Shown here: in pieces, positions 1-11,327 of the stretch
How the letters are laid out: each line of letters starts with the position of its first letter
Position numbering within the stretch: the stretch's first letter is position 1
Source: Perkinsela sp. CCAP 1560/9
Lineage: Eukaryota; Protista; Euglenozoa: Kinetoplastea
Assembly: GCA_965644495.1 (NCBI GenBank)
Contig: CBFFSA010000007.1
Location: 124,001 to 188,000, forward strand
Reading direction: 5' to 3'
Length of the DNA: 64,000 nt
Notes under the pieces: model-generated
Seen by the model: the letters and a program-made list of their open reading frames with translations, nothing else
What the model was told of the DNA's origin: nothing
Databases searched by the model: none
Program-made: the position numbers and the translations under genes

Positions 1-1368
1 TGTCATCTAGGTGAATATAGCAGAGACTATAACTGTGCGTACTCGCAACTGGTCCCGCTACTGGATCCCAATGATATTGTATTGGGTGGGTGGGATATTC
101 GCCCTGCGAATCTTTATAGAGCCATGAAGGCAGCAGCTGTTTTGGACTACGATTTACAGGTTCAATTGCAAGAGGAGATGGAGTTGCTTGCGCCACTTCC
201 CGGGTATTGTGATCCAAAGTTTATTGCGACGAATCAGTGCGATACCTCTACCCACACACTTCCCATAGAATGGACACTAGCCCGTGTGCTGCAACGTTTG
301 CGCGAAGACATTCGCACCTTTAAATCACAAAATAATGTTGATATCGTAACTGTTATGTGGACAGGAAATACCGAATCTTGCGTAGATCACACTGCTTTAC
401 AGTTTTCTACAGCCGAACATCTTCTTTGTGGTCTTCAGAAATCATCTCGAGGTGAGGGATTTCCTCCAAGTCTTCTGTACGCTACAGCTGCGATCCTGGA
501 GAACTCATCCTTCCTAAATGGTTCACCACAAAACACACTAGCCCCGGGGTTAGTGGACCTAGCTGAGCAAGTACGCCGAGCCCACATGTCTTCCGATATT
601 GCAGCATTGATTTCAGGAATGACTCCACAATATAGCAAGGGAAAAAGCCCATTTTTTATTGCTGGAGACGACTTCAAAACTGGGCAGACGAAACTCAAAG
701 GAGTTCTCTTGGACTTTTTCGTTGGAGCGGGCTTTCGACCCGAGTGTGTTGCTTCCTATAATCATTTGGGAAACAATGATGGGCTCAATTTAAGCGAGAA
801 ATCACAATTCGAATCCAAAGAAAGGAGCAAGAGCGCGCTGGTGGAACAAATTGTGCAATCTAATTCTTTGCTTTTTCGCGATGGATACCGCGGACCCGAC
901 CACACAGTCGTAATCAAGCACCTACCCTATGTGGGGGATTCAAAGCGAGCACTGGACGAGTATACTTTTAGCACGTTCATGAATGGAACACACACACTGG
1001 TCATGCATAATACCTGCGAGGACAGTCTTCTAGCTGCTGGCGTTATGATCGACATGCTCGTTCTCTGCGAACTGCTCACACGTGTTGGCGTTTCGTATCG
1101 TTCCGAAGTCAATGAGTATGATGACAAAGTCAGACCAGAGCAGAAAATTCTTTTACATGAGTATGCTCCCATGGATGTTTTAGCTTCGAACATGTTTGGT
1201 TATTTCCTAAAGGCCCCCAAAACAAGAATTCTCAACCGTACTATTCCTGAGGTTCATTCTCCGAGTCAACAGAAATTGTGTATCGAGAACTTTATTCGCG
1301 CTCTTGTCGGATTGGGACCTGAATCATATACACATCTAGAGCAATATGCATGTATGCAGCAAGTTTGA
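1..1368 (+). CDS. INO1: myo-inositol-1-phosphate synthase, 5'-truncated by window edge
   Basis: Frame is open from base 1 (..LVPLLDPNDIVLGGWDI); motifs VMWTGNTE, NGSPQNT, GDDFKTGQTK, SYNHLGNNDG, HNTCEDSLLA. Confidence 0.95.
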   Translation, partial: CHLGEYSRDYNCAYSQLVPLLDPNDIVLGGWDIRPANLYRAMKAAAVLDYDLQVQLQEEMELLAPLPGYCDPKFIATNQCDTSTHTLPIEWTLARVLQRLREDIRTFKSQNNVDIVTVMWTGNTESCVDHTALQFSTAEHLLCGLQKSSRGEGFPPSLLYATAAILENSSFLNGSPQNTLAPGLVDLAEQVRRAHMSSDIAALISGMTPQYSKGKSPFFIAGDDFKTGQTKLKGVLLDFFVGAGFRPECVASYNHLGNNDGLNLSEKSQFESKERSKSALVEQIVQSNSLLFRDGYRGPDHTVVIKHLPYVGDSKRALDEYTFSTFMNGTHTLVMHNTCEDSLLAAGVMIDMLVLCELLTRVGVSYRSEVNEYDDKVRPEQKILLHEYAPMDVLASNMFGYFLKAPKTRILNRTIPEVHSPSQQKLCIENFIRALVGLGPESYTHLEQYACMQQV

Positions 1369-1565
1369 TTTCTTTTTTGTGTTGTTCTACTTAGATCCGC
1401 TGTACTTAAGAGGATCATTGGGCTAAAGAAGGGTCTTTCTTCGGCTTACGCAGGTGTTCGGAAGTGTTTACGTATTGTAAGATTTTGTACAGCTCATGAT
1501 GAGCCTTACAGCTTTCTTATTTTCGTTACTATCTTTTTTATAAAAACATCGTATTCTAAGCCAGT

Positions 1566-2594
1566 ATGTCGTTCTTAGCCAGGCCTAGCCAAAAAACAGC
1601 CTCTAGACTTTGGCTACTTAGCCAAGGAGGAAGAATGCACTGCACTTCCAGACACCACGGATCGAACGCTATACTCACAATGCGAAATATGAATCGGACG
1701 AACGTCCAGTTACGCAGCGCAATCCGTTCCTGGATGCCTTTCGCATCCTCTTCTATTTCTAACATGCCACATGTTCAACAACATGTCGGCTGCGTTCCGA
1801 GTCGCTTTGCGTCCAATTTTGTACTTACTTCCCTTCCTACGTTACAGCAAACGCTCCGAATGCATTCCACGTCCAACACAGAGAACCAGAAAGCTTCTTC
1901 TGCAGAGGACTCGAAGGCAAGTTCAGAGGAAAATGAAAAGAGTCAAAAGGAGTTTGAAAATATGCACTTCATACGACGCGAGTACCTTGGCTTGCGCCAG
2001 GACATTCGTGAGTACCCCGACATCTACAATGCGGTGAACGCGTTCCAGTTCATTCTGTTCACCGTATTTTGCCTCAGCAGTACGGGTTCCAAAGCTGAGG
2101 AGGAGTTCTGGATCCGCATGTGTGGGATCGACCTCCAGTGGGGCTCACTCCTTGCTCCCCTGCTCCATGTATTCCTCACGACCAACTTTCTCTCCATGGC
2201 ATTTGCTATGCTTCTGTTGCACAATCTTGGCCATACGGTGATCCAGGCGGTCGGGGCTCCGTTCCTACTGCGGTACCTCTCAGTTGTAGCGTTAGGCTCC
2301 GGAGCTCTCATGTGTGGCATGAAGATGTTCTTCCCGAATATTGGACAAGGTGAAGTACAATATGGTCCATGGGATATAATTGTTGGTCTCTTCGTCGTGA
2401 GTGCTGCCACAAGTGGGTACTCCCCGCTGCAGCTGCTGGGGTCGTTTAGCGGATGGGTGAAGTATGCGGCGTTTCTTGGCGCAGGAGTAATCATGTACTA
2501 TGACTGGCAGCCCTGTGTGTTTGGATTTCTTGTGGCCTATGGGCTGCATCGCAGTGGAATCAGTCGTATTCCATCTACAGTGGCAGCGTCATGA
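1566..2594 (+). CDS. mitochondrial rhomboid-like membrane protein, probably catalytically inactive (TimRhom-like)
   Basis: Arg/Ser-rich presequence-like N-terminus, then about 6 hydrophobic segments with rhomboid-like spacing (LLHVFL, LHNLGHTV, YLSVVALGSG); no GxSG or catalytic His. Confidence 0.6.
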   Translation: MSFLARPSQKTASRLWLLSQGGRMHCTSRHHGSNAILTMRNMNRTNVQLRSAIRSWMPFASSSISNMPHVQQHVGCVPSRFASNFVLTSLPTLQQTLRMHSTSNTENQKASSAEDSKASSEENEKSQKEFENMHFIRREYLGLRQDIREYPDIYNAVNAFQFILFTVFCLSSTGSKAEEEFWIRMCGIDLQWGSLLAPLLHVFLTTNFLSMAFAMLLLHNLGHTVIQAVGAPFLLRYLSVVALGSGALMCGMKMFFPNIGQGEVQYGPWDIIVGLFVVSAATSGYSPLQLLGSFSGWVKYAAFLGAGVIMYYDWQPCVFGFLVAYGLHRSGISRIPSTVAAS

Positions 2595-2884
2595 CAGTGG
2601 ACGAGAGTGCAATGTAGTCGTGTGAAGGAAGATGCTAGTTTCGGCATCGACTACTAGGGTACGATAGATTGTTGTTTTAGTTCCTGTGTGCTACAAATGG
2701 TATTATACGATTGAGCTACCTATCCGGCATCACATAAATAAGGTCAGCTTTTAACTAACAAACATACATGTAGGAAAAGAAAACAGTTTTAAGAGCCTCT
2801 CATAATACTTGTAAGAATGTTAAGCTTATTTCTCAACTTATTTAATCTAGACACGCATATTCTAGAATACATTAAGGAAAGTAA

Positions 2885-3568
2885 ATGCCAAAAAAGTTCG
2901 GCATCAATGATAAAAGTGCAGCGTCTAGAGATCGAAATAACCAACGTAAGGAACGCGTAGCGCAAGAAAAGGCACAGGCAATAGAGAATGCAAATTGGAA
3001 AGAAACAGACAAACATGAAATAAAAAAAGCCGAGCGAATCGCTCAACGTGAAGCCAAGGAACTAGAACGTCTAGCACGTGAGGCCGAAAAGTCCGCATTG
3101 CGCCGTGCCGAGGAGAATGCGTTATCATCTTCATCTGCCCCTAAAAAGGTCACGCATTTTGAACTCCAAAGAGACTTAGAACGTACGTCATCTCGTAATC
3201 GAATGGCTCATTCCTCGTCTCAAAATTTTATCTCACCGGACGAGCACGCGAGTACGCTAATGAGTCACTCCACGTGCGCCACCAATGCTACCATTGCAGA
3301 TGACGCACAAGTCATAGCGTCAGGCTTTGATACGGTTTCCGACGCTCTTTCTGGACTTAGTGCACAACCGGATCGACACCCCGAACGTAGGATGAAAGCT
3401 GCATTCCTACAATACCAGTCGACTCATTTACCTAAATTAAAGCGTGATATACCCGGACTACGTCTGTCGCAATATAAACAAATGCTATGGGATAAATGGC
3501 TGAAGAGTCCGGAAAATCCCATTGTCCGAGCACACTTGACTAGTTTGGTGCACCAGAACCCAAAGTAG
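2885..3568 (+). CDS. CCDC124: CCDC124/Lso2-family ribosome-associated coiled-coil protein
   Basis: MPKKFGINDK start; C-terminal DRHPERRMKAA...PGLRLSQYKQMLW..W.KSPENP. Confidence 0.9.
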   Translation: MPKKFGINDKSAASRDRNNQRKERVAQEKAQAIENANWKETDKHEIKKAERIAQREAKELERLAREAEKSALRRAEENALSSSSAPKKVTHFELQRDLERTSSRNRMAHSSSQNFISPDEHASTLMSHSTCATNATIADDAQVIASGFDTVSDALSGLSAQPDRHPERRMKAAFLQYQSTHLPKLKRDIPGLRLSQYKQMLWDKWLKSPENPIVRAHLTSLVHQNPK

Positions 3569-3955
3569 TACCGCTAAGATTTCTGATGATTTCGGTTTGG
3601 AGTAAAAAAACATCACGAGATAAAATTTGCAATTACAGATTGCAATTACAAAACCGTACACCCATGTGGGCATGTACTCCCTGATGACCATACCTACATG
3701 TATCACTGACCATGTATGAACTCTGACAATGCATCATAGACCACCATATCTACCCGTAGAGTTCGTTCCTTGTGAAATTTCGTGCTGCCAAAACTACTTC
3801 ATAACCTACGTTTATCATAAATTATGAGTCCCTCATTAATATGCCAATTGTAATGTCAAGGAGACAAGGTTTACAAGCAGTGTGTTACTATGCTTAGGAA
3901 AACTATCTGTTTTCGATTATCCTATTCCATGAAAAGTCTATGATGGACTATCTGC

Positions 3956-4993
3956 ATGCTATCCCACAAAACTTTCATCAAGATAGATAGCTCATTGCGA
4001 AGCTCCGTAAAAGTTCTTGAATTCTTAGATGGATTATGCACTCAATGCCTCGCCCGTCTTAAACAGGACCATCCTGCTCATACACTCTTCCTGAACACTA
4101 GAGGTCGAGTACTCGCCGATGCATTAGTTCACCTTACGCCACGAGAAAACATTATTGTTGAGTGCGATGAGTCGCAGAGCCCTTTTTTGGTACAACATCT
4201 ACGCAAATTCGCAGAATATGCAACCATTCCTTTAGACATAAGCATAGCGTCAGACATGACGGTAGGAGTTTATTCGAAGAAGAGCGAACTTGAAGAAATA
4301 CCGTATCTGAAGAACATTTTACAAAGCTTATTGCTATTCCGCAAGACCGACGCCTTGCCTCAGACTAGACCAGACTTTTCTTTCGCTGCTCGTGATCCTC
4401 GCGCATCGCTTTCTCATATTCATCGTATCTACTTTAACAAGGATGAGACTCCGTCTTCCCGGTACGAAGAAAAGGACCTAGTTGGTCTAAGGGCATCAGC
4501 ATATCGTTCCTTACGGCATATGGAAGGAATTGCGGAAGGATCAGAAATTCAATATGAAAGAGCTTTACCAACAGAGTTCAATTTCGATCTACTAGGCAGC
4601 ATTTCCTACACAAAGGGTTGCTACTTGGGTCAAGAGCTTACAGCTAGAAGTCATTTTTCAGGTATTATAAGAAGAAGAGTTGTACCCTTTTATGTGCCGC
4701 ATCCAATTGCTGAGAGTCAAATCAATGGGAGTATTTCTGAAGCAATATCCCTGTTAGATTCGGAGGGTAAAGCCATTGGTAAAGTTATAGCGTTTCATAA
4801 GCAATGGGGACTGGCCTCATGTACATGTCATCCCCTTTTTCAGAGGGAATTCAATGACGTCGAGATCAATGCATCACTCTGCGCTACGTGGCAAGGTTAT
4901 TTACCTTGTCGACTTCAATATACGGAGAGCCAGACCCAGAGCAAAACCAAATGCTACCTGTATATTCCCTATTGGTGGCCTGACGATAGATAG
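3956..4993 (+). CDS. IBA57: IBA57/YgfZ folate-binding Fe-S cluster assembly factor
   Basis: FLNTRGRVLAD and signature ISYTKGCYLGQELTAR. Confidence 0.9.
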   Translation: MLSHKTFIKIDSSLRSSVKVLEFLDGLCTQCLARLKQDHPAHTLFLNTRGRVLADALVHLTPRENIIVECDESQSPFLVQHLRKFAEYATIPLDISIASDMTVGVYSKKSELEEIPYLKNILQSLLLFRKTDALPQTRPDFSFAARDPRASLSHIHRIYFNKDETPSSRYEEKDLVGLRASAYRSLRHMEGIAEGSEIQYERALPTEFNFDLLGSISYTKGCYLGQELTARSHFSGIIRRRVVPFYVPHPIAESQINGSISEAISLLDSEGKAIGKVIAFHKQWGLASCTCHPLFQREFNDVEINASLCATWQGYLPCRLQYTESQTQSKTKCYLYIPYWWPDDR

Positions 4994-5391
4994 AGCAAAG
5001 TTCTTAGTTACTAGTAATTCCAGTAAGAACAAGTCATGAAAATTTTTCATGACAGTTTTTCAAAAACTGCGGATGGAGTGCAAATTAATGACATTATGTA
5101 AAATTATACAAGGCCATGTGATATTACGCAACATGATGCAAGGCCGCGTCGGATCACGCAAGATATTCTTCTACTCGACACAGCGGGTAGAGATCAAAAT
5201 GAGATCACGCGAGGTCAGACCCATAGTTTCTTTGTACTTGGTTTGGGGGTATCTAATTTCTTTATTGGCATTTATCAGCTAGATGTTTAATGTATGATGA
5301 TATCTGATACTACATTGGGTGCAGTGTAACGAAAGTACTACTTCAACTCAATTGCATAATAGTATAGCTTTGTTGGATACTAAAAGATTGA

Positions 5392-6375
5392 ATGCTTCCG
5401 ACGCAACATGCTGACAATACGTTTTTATACCAAGTCGCAGGCCATGGTGACATCCTACATTCAGGAACGGACTCACAAAAAAGTTTGTCAGTGTGGAAAG
5501 TCGCGAGAAAGCATGAACTAGCATGTTACAATAAGATGTTGGCAAAAAACCACCCCTTACACAAGCTTTCCCACTACGTTCCACCCTTCTATGGGGAAGT
5601 CATCTCACCCTGTACGCAGAATGCTAATGATAATTGTCCATTACCTTATTCTGAGCCAAAAGTGTCTCATTCTTCATGTCGGATTTCAGCTGCTCCTAGA
5701 CTGTTTCAAAGCAAACGGTGCTTAGTCAGTCGCTTAGAAATGAAGAACATGGTGTCTTCATGTGGCAATCCTCAGGCTATGGATATTAAGCTGGGAAAAG
5801 TTCATCACAACCGAACAATGCACCCTGAGAAGGTGCAGGCGAGTAAGAAGAAAGTATCAGTGTGCACTTCAAGGGCATATGCATTGCGCATCTCCGGTGC
5901 TTCAGAAGTACATAATGCGAGACTCCGAGGACGCTCAGCTCAATCGTTGTTAGAATTACGTGACGTTCTGCAAGAATTCTTTCTTCGTTCTTCGATAGAC
6001 TGCTATAATAAATTTGCCCACGAAAGCACCGTGTTACATCAATCTATTCGCGAAATTACTTCCCTTCAAAATGCGCTGCGAAACATTACTCTGCATACCA
6101 GTTTTATATCATGTTCGGTTCTTATTACCCACGACGAATCTGCGAGTCATCGCACATCAGGTTGGAATTGCGCTGCAAAAGTCATTAATGCAAAGCTCAT
6201 CGATTTTGCGAATTGTGTTTCATCTTCCGAACACGGATTGCTTGATATTCATGTGGGTGCGGCTTACGGACTACGTATGTTGGCTACTCTTCTGCAACAC
6301 CTTTACCACAAGTCACTCTTTATTAACACCTATAGAACAGACACTCATAACATACATGTAGACATACATGTATGA
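5392..6375 (+). CDS. inositol polyphosphate kinase (IPMK/IP6K family)
   Basis: QVAGHG, PxxxDxKxG (PQAMDIKLG), SSLL-like SCSVLI, and LIDFA motifs. Confidence 0.8.
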   Translation: MLPTQHADNTFLYQVAGHGDILHSGTDSQKSLSVWKVARKHELACYNKMLAKNHPLHKLSHYVPPFYGEVISPCTQNANDNCPLPYSEPKVSHSSCRISAAPRLFQSKRCLVSRLEMKNMVSSCGNPQAMDIKLGKVHHNRTMHPEKVQASKKKVSVCTSRAYALRISGASEVHNARLRGRSAQSLLELRDVLQEFFLRSSIDCYNKFAHESTVLHQSIREITSLQNALRNITLHTSFISCSVLITHDESASHRTSGWNCAAKVINAKLIDFANCVSSSEHGLLDIHVGAAYGLRMLATLLQHLYHKSLFINTYRTDTHNIHVDIHV

Positions 6376-7873
6376 ATCATATCCACTAAGCCACAGTGCA
6401 AACGTTTATCGATACCTATGTTTCTACTGCTTCATGATTTTTTGGAACAAACCTGTCTTTGTACGCACCCAATCACTACTTCATTCTACACTAAAAAGAT
6501 TCGTGTAAGTGTATTTCTATTTAGTCTAACCTTCACTCGACTCTTTGATGCGTGAAATCGTCTCGATACAGGCCGGCCAGTGTGGAAATCAAATTGGTTC
6601 TAAGTTTTGGGAAGTGATATGCGATGAGCACAGCGTCGACCCGTCAGGCACGTATGTGGGTGACAATGATCGTCAGTTGGAGCGCATTAATGTGTACTTC
6701 AACGAAGCGACCGGAGGTCGATATGTTCCGCGTGCCGTGCTGATGGATCTGGAACCTGGTACAATGGACAGCGTTCGGGCTGGTCCGTATGGTCAAATCT
6801 TCCGCCCGGACAACTTTGTGTTTGGTCAGACTGGGGCCGGGAATAACTGGGCTAAGGGGCACTACACGGAGGGTGCTGAGCTCATTGATAGCGTACTGGA
6901 TGTTTGCCGCAAAGAGGCTGAAAGCTGTGACTGCCTGCAGGGATTTCAAATCTCACACTCCCTTGGTGGTGGGACAGGTTCAGGTACCGGAACTTTGTTG
7001 ATTTCCAAGCTCCGTGAGGAGTACCCGGACCGCATGATGCTCACATTTAGCGTGATTCCTTCGCCCAAAGTGTCTGACACCGTCGTGGAACCCTACAACA
7101 CAACTCTTTCGGTGCACCAACTCGTAGAGAACTCGGATGAATGTCTGTGCATTGACAATGAAGCGCTGTATGACATTTGCTTTCGTACCTTGAAGTTGAC
7201 GACTCCCACGTTTGGTGACCTGAATCATCTTGTGTCTGCGGTGATGTCCGGTGTGACGTGCTGTTTACGCTTTCCGGGACAGCTGAACTCCGACCTTCGC
7301 AAACTTGCGGTGAACCTGGTTCCATTTCCTCGCCTGCACTTCTTCATGGTCGGGTTTGCCCCCCTGACTTCTCGTGGCTCTCAGCAGTATCGCACATTTA
7401 CTGTTCCTGAGTTAACGCAGCAAATGTTTGACTACAAGAACATGATGTGTGCCGCGGACCCGCGACACGGACGCTATCTCACTGCATCCGCCCTGTTCCG
7501 TGGACGTCTCTCCACGAAGGAGGTTGATGAGCAGATGTTGAACGTGCAGAACAAGAACAGCTCGTACTTCATCGAGTGGATCCCGAACAACATCAAGAGC
7601 TCTGTGTGTGACGTCCCTCCGAAGGGGTTGAAGATGACGGTGACCTTTATCGGGAACAACACTTGCATCCAAGAAATGTTCCGTCGCGTGGCGGAGCAGT
7701 TCACTGCAATGTTTCGGCGAAAGGCTTTTCTTCACTGGTACACCGGAGAAGGGATGGATGAGATGGAATTCACGGAAGCGGAAAGCAACATGAACGACCT
7801 TGTGGCAGAATACCAACAATACCAGGATGCCGGGATCGAGGAGGAAGAACTCATTGACGAGCCGATGGCTGAA
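6321..7873 (+). repeat. duplicated segment A (copy B at ~9756-11324)
   Basis: CDS and ~130 nt upstream appear identical at offset 3451; a further ~100 nt upstream are similar with indels. Confidence 0.95.
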
Positions 7874-7882
7874 CAGCAGTGA
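6548..7882 (+). CDS. TUBB: beta-tubulin copy 1 (ends EPMAEQQ)
   Basis: MREIV start at ATG 6548; full beta-tubulin with kinetoplastid-like residues ([20 protein letters not shown]). Confidence 0.99.
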   Translation: MREIVSIQAGQCGNQIGSKFWEVICDEHSVDPSGTYVGDNDRQLERINVYFNEATGGRYVPRAVLMDLEPGTMDSVRAGPYGQIFRPDNFVFGQTGAGNNWAKGHYTEGAELIDSVLDVCRKEAESCDCLQGFQISHSLGGGTGSGTGTLLISKLREEYPDRMMLTFSVIPSPKVSDTVVEPYNTTLSVHQLVENSDECLCIDNEALYDICFRTLKLTTPTFGDLNHLVSAVMSGVTCCLRFPGQLNSDLRKLAVNLVPFPRLHFFMVGFAPLTSRGSQQYRTFTVPELTQQMFDYKNMMCAADPRHGRYLTASALFRGRLSTKEVDEQMLNVQNKNSSYFIEWIPNNIKSSVCDVPPKGLKMTVTFIGNNTCIQEMFRRVAEQFTAMFRRKAFLHWYTGEGMDEMEFTEAESNMNDLVAEYQQYQDAGIEEEELIDEPMAEQQ

Positions 7883-8416
7883 GGTTTTTAGTGACGGAAT
7901 ATTTTTTTCAAGTGTAGTAATATTTTGAGACAGCAGTGTAGTTAGTGTGTTTGGATTTTAAAATTTTGCTGGGATAGTGTTGCAATGTTTGAAATATTTT
8001 GGGCCCTAGAATTGGCGGAATGTTTGTGTGGTTTGGAAATTTAGTGACCTAAAGATTGTATAATGTTTGAAAGTATAACTCATTTTATTGATTTCCCATT
8101 CCCAAAACATGAATGTCTACTTTTTGTGCTTAGGATTGAGTTTTTATTAGATAGACAGTATTTGATGGATTATACCCGGCAGATGTATTATTAAACTTCA
8201 CCCTTGACTATTTTTGTGCCGGATATTTTTGTATGTAGAATGAAGCACATTTCAAATACTTGGTAGGACATTTGTGTATAATGTGTTTGACCATCGTGCG
8301 TGTATTAGGTATGCTTTTTATACCTATTTGAAGTTCATACGATTTCTTCTGTCTTTAGTGCATTATTACCGAGTCATATCCAACTTATATCCACCGAGAC
8401 CTTTGCTCCATTTTTA

Positions 8417-9721
8417 ATGCTGCGATTTGTAAGTCCCTTGTTTGCACATTCCAGGGAAAAACAGTCTGGATATCACCTGATGCGCGAACTGGGCAAAAAG
8501 AAATCCAAGTTACATGTGCAGGAAGCAATGACAACAAAAGATGCCTCGGGAACCGAAATTCGAAGTACTGGTACGCGAAGTCGTTTCACATACCGGACGT
8601 TCCGGCAACAGATGTCCAAGATTGAAGAGGTTTATGTTTGGGTTTGGTATCCATGGAGAGCGCATCCAGAGCACCCCGTTCCTGCCCTTCCTTGCCCTCG
8701 CACACTGAAGAACCTACACGGCGCGGTCGTAACTTCTTTGTCACCAAGACAGAAGCAAAATCGCGAAAATATGCTCTCTGGTGTAACTTTGCAAGCAACA
8801 GACGAAGCTCTAAGTTCAAAATTTTCTCAAAAACATCCTTTTCTTTCATACATTTGTGAGAAATTGAGGGACAAACCTAAAGGATTTCCATTTTGGTATA
8901 AGAAGTATCCCAGCACTCGGCATGCCTATGAAAACCGATTTGCAGTACCTAAAGAAATGCTAGACGGGTATGATAACGCCGAAATGAGACGAGCTTTTTC
9001 GTTTCCTAATATGCGGAACGGAGAAAAGCTACGTGCTGAAATTACAGCTATGTGCGAAAGGTATTGCCCTGATGATACGAGCCGTCGCTCCATTCCTGCC
9101 CGGTGCATTCGACTGGCAATATTCGTACGTGAGAAAAGGAATCATTTGCTCACCAATCCGAAAAATCATATAGGAAAACGTCAACTAGGAAATTTGGAAA
9201 GGGCACTACAAAATGCAATGCGCCGATGGAGAAAAGAGGATTTTCGAGGTTACTGGGAGTTTGTACGCGAGCATGATATGCTGGACATCATTCAACCTGA
9301 AAATCGAGTGAAATACCGATGGGGTATGTGGTGGCGTTCAGACTGGAGGTTCGGACACGCGCTGAGTTCAAGCACGACTGACTTTCTCGATCCAAGGGGA
9401 CTAATGGGGTGTGTAGAAACCGGTCGAAGTTGTGCCGAGGTGGCTCGGGATCTGGGATTATCCTACACGCGCACATTAAATACCAAGGAACGTAAGTATT
9501 TCGAGAGTAGAGCAACTTACTTCGAGAGACTCCAACAATTTAAATATGATCACGTTGAAGCGAACAGAGAGCGTGAACGCCAGGAATATCTTAATAAACT
9601 ACAAGCTTTATATCAAAGGAGAAGCGCTAGAAACCTCACCGTTGATATCCCTCGTAAGCTTCACCGGACAAAGAATATTAGTCTGCAGCGATGGAAGTGC
9701 TGGCGTCATGGCCCTATGTGA
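8417..9721 (+). CDS. extended mitochondrial small-subunit ribosomal protein uS15m-like
   Basis: Presequence-like MLRFV..; basic, Trp/Arg-rich; S15 core NHLLTNPKNHIGKRQL..L......RR.RKEDFRGY. Confidence 0.7.
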   Translation: MLRFVSPLFAHSREKQSGYHLMRELGKKKSKLHVQEAMTTKDASGTEIRSTGTRSRFTYRTFRQQMSKIEEVYVWVWYPWRAHPEHPVPALPCPRTLKNLHGAVVTSLSPRQKQNRENMLSGVTLQATDEALSSKFSQKHPFLSYICEKLRDKPKGFPFWYKKYPSTRHAYENRFAVPKEMLDGYDNAEMRRAFSFPNMRNGEKLRAEITAMCERYCPDDTSRRSIPARCIRLAIFVREKRNHLLTNPKNHIGKRQLGNLERALQNAMRRWRKEDFRGYWEFVREHDMLDIIQPENRVKYRWGMWWRSDWRFGHALSSSTTDFLDPRGLMGCVETGRSCAEVARDLGLSYTRTLNTKERKYFESRATYFERLQQFKYDHVEANRERERQEYLNKLQALYQRRSARNLTVDIPRKLHRTKNISLQRWKCWRHGPM

Positions 9722-9998
9722 GTATACAGTCCCTATGTTAATACGTATAGAAACTTATCAATACCTATAGAACAGATACTCATAACATACAGATACATGT
9801 ATGAATCATATCCACTAAGCCATAGTGCAAACGTTTATCGATACCTACACTGTATGTACTTACACTGTATGTTTCTACTGCTTCATGATTTTTTGGAACA
9901 AACCTGTCTTTGTACGCACCCAATCACTACTTCATTCTACACTAAAAAGATTCGTGTAAGTGTATTTCTATTTAGTCTAACCTTCACTCGACTCTTTG

Positions 9999-11327
9999 AT
10001 GCGTGAAATCGTCTCGATACAGGCCGGCCAGTGTGGAAATCAAATTGGTTCTAAGTTTTGGGAAGTGATATGCGATGAGCACAGCGTCGACCCGTCAGGC
10101 ACGTATGTGGGTGACAATGATCGTCAGTTGGAGCGCATTAATGTGTACTTCAACGAAGCGACCGGAGGTCGATATGTTCCGCGTGCCGTGCTGATGGATC
10201 TGGAACCTGGTACAATGGACAGCGTTCGGGCTGGTCCGTATGGTCAAATCTTCCGCCCGGACAACTTTGTGTTTGGTCAGACTGGGGCCGGGAATAACTG
10301 GGCTAAGGGGCACTACACGGAGGGTGCTGAGCTCATTGATAGCGTACTGGATGTTTGCCGCAAAGAGGCTGAAAGCTGTGACTGCCTGCAGGGATTTCAA
10401 ATCTCACACTCCCTTGGTGGTGGGACAGGTTCAGGTACCGGAACTTTGTTGATTTCCAAGCTCCGTGAGGAGTACCCGGACCGCATGATGCTCACATTTA
10501 GCGTGATTCCTTCGCCCAAAGTGTCTGACACCGTCGTGGAACCCTACAACACAACTCTTTCGGTGCACCAACTCGTAGAGAACTCGGATGAATGTCTGTG
10601 CATTGACAATGAAGCGCTGTATGACATTTGCTTTCGTACCTTGAAGTTGACGACTCCCACGTTTGGTGACCTGAATCATCTTGTGTCTGCGGTGATGTCC
10701 GGTGTGACGTGCTGTTTACGCTTTCCGGGACAGCTGAACTCCGACCTTCGCAAACTTGCGGTGAACCTGGTTCCATTTCCTCGCCTGCACTTCTTCATGG
10801 TCGGGTTTGCCCCCCTGACTTCTCGTGGCTCTCAGCAGTATCGCACATTTACTGTTCCTGAGTTAACGCAGCAAATGTTTGACTACAAGAACATGATGTG
10901 TGCCGCGGACCCGCGACACGGACGCTATCTCACTGCATCCGCCCTGTTCCGTGGACGTCTCTCCACGAAGGAGGTTGATGAGCAGATGTTGAACGTGCAG
11001 AACAAGAACAGCTCGTACTTCATCGAGTGGATCCCGAACAACATCAAGAGCTCTGTGTGTGACGTCCCTCCGAAGGGGTTGAAGATGACGGTGACCTTTA
11101 TCGGGAACAACACTTGCATCCAAGAAATGTTCCGTCGCGTGGCGGAGCAGTTCACTGCAATGTTTCGGCGAAAGGCTTTTCTTCACTGGTACACCGGAGA
11201 AGGGATGGATGAGATGGAATTCACGGAAGCGGAAAGCAACATGAACGACCTTGTGGCAGAATACCAACAATACCAGGATGCCGGGATCGAGGAGGAAGAA
11301 CTCATTGACGAGCCGATGGCTGAATAA
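9999..11327 (+). CDS. TUBB: beta-tubulin copy 2 (ends EPMAE)
   Basis: Same protein as copy 1 except TAA after ..MAE. Confidence 0.99.
   Translation: MREIVSIQAGQCGNQIGSKFWEVICDEHSVDPSGTYVGDNDRQLERINVYFNEATGGRYVPRAVLMDLEPGTMDSVRAGPYGQIFRPDNFVFGQTGAGNNWAKGHYTEGAELIDSVLDVCRKEAESCDCLQGFQISHSLGGGTGSGTGTLLISKLREEYPDRMMLTFSVIPSPKVSDTVVEPYNTTLSVHQLVENSDECLCIDNEALYDICFRTLKLTTPTFGDLNHLVSAVMSGVTCCLRFPGQLNSDLRKLAVNLVPFPRLHFFMVGFAPLTSRGSQQYRTFTVPELTQQMFDYKNMMCAADPRHGRYLTASALFRGRLSTKEVDEQMLNVQNKNSSYFIEWIPNNIKSSVCDVPPKGLKMTVTFIGNNTCIQEMFRRVAEQFTAMFRRKAFLHWYTGEGMDEMEFTEAESNMNDLVAEYQQYQDAGIEEEELIDEPMAE

Noticed and set aside
3580-3730. C/D-box snoRNA (TGATGA and CTGA boxes)
   Set aside because: Box spacing is poor and there is no terminal stem or recognisable rRNA guide.
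1-6375. Functional inositol cluster (INO1 plus inositol polyphosphate kinase)
   Set aside because: Separated by three unrelated genes; polycistronic clusters of this type are generally not functionally ordered.
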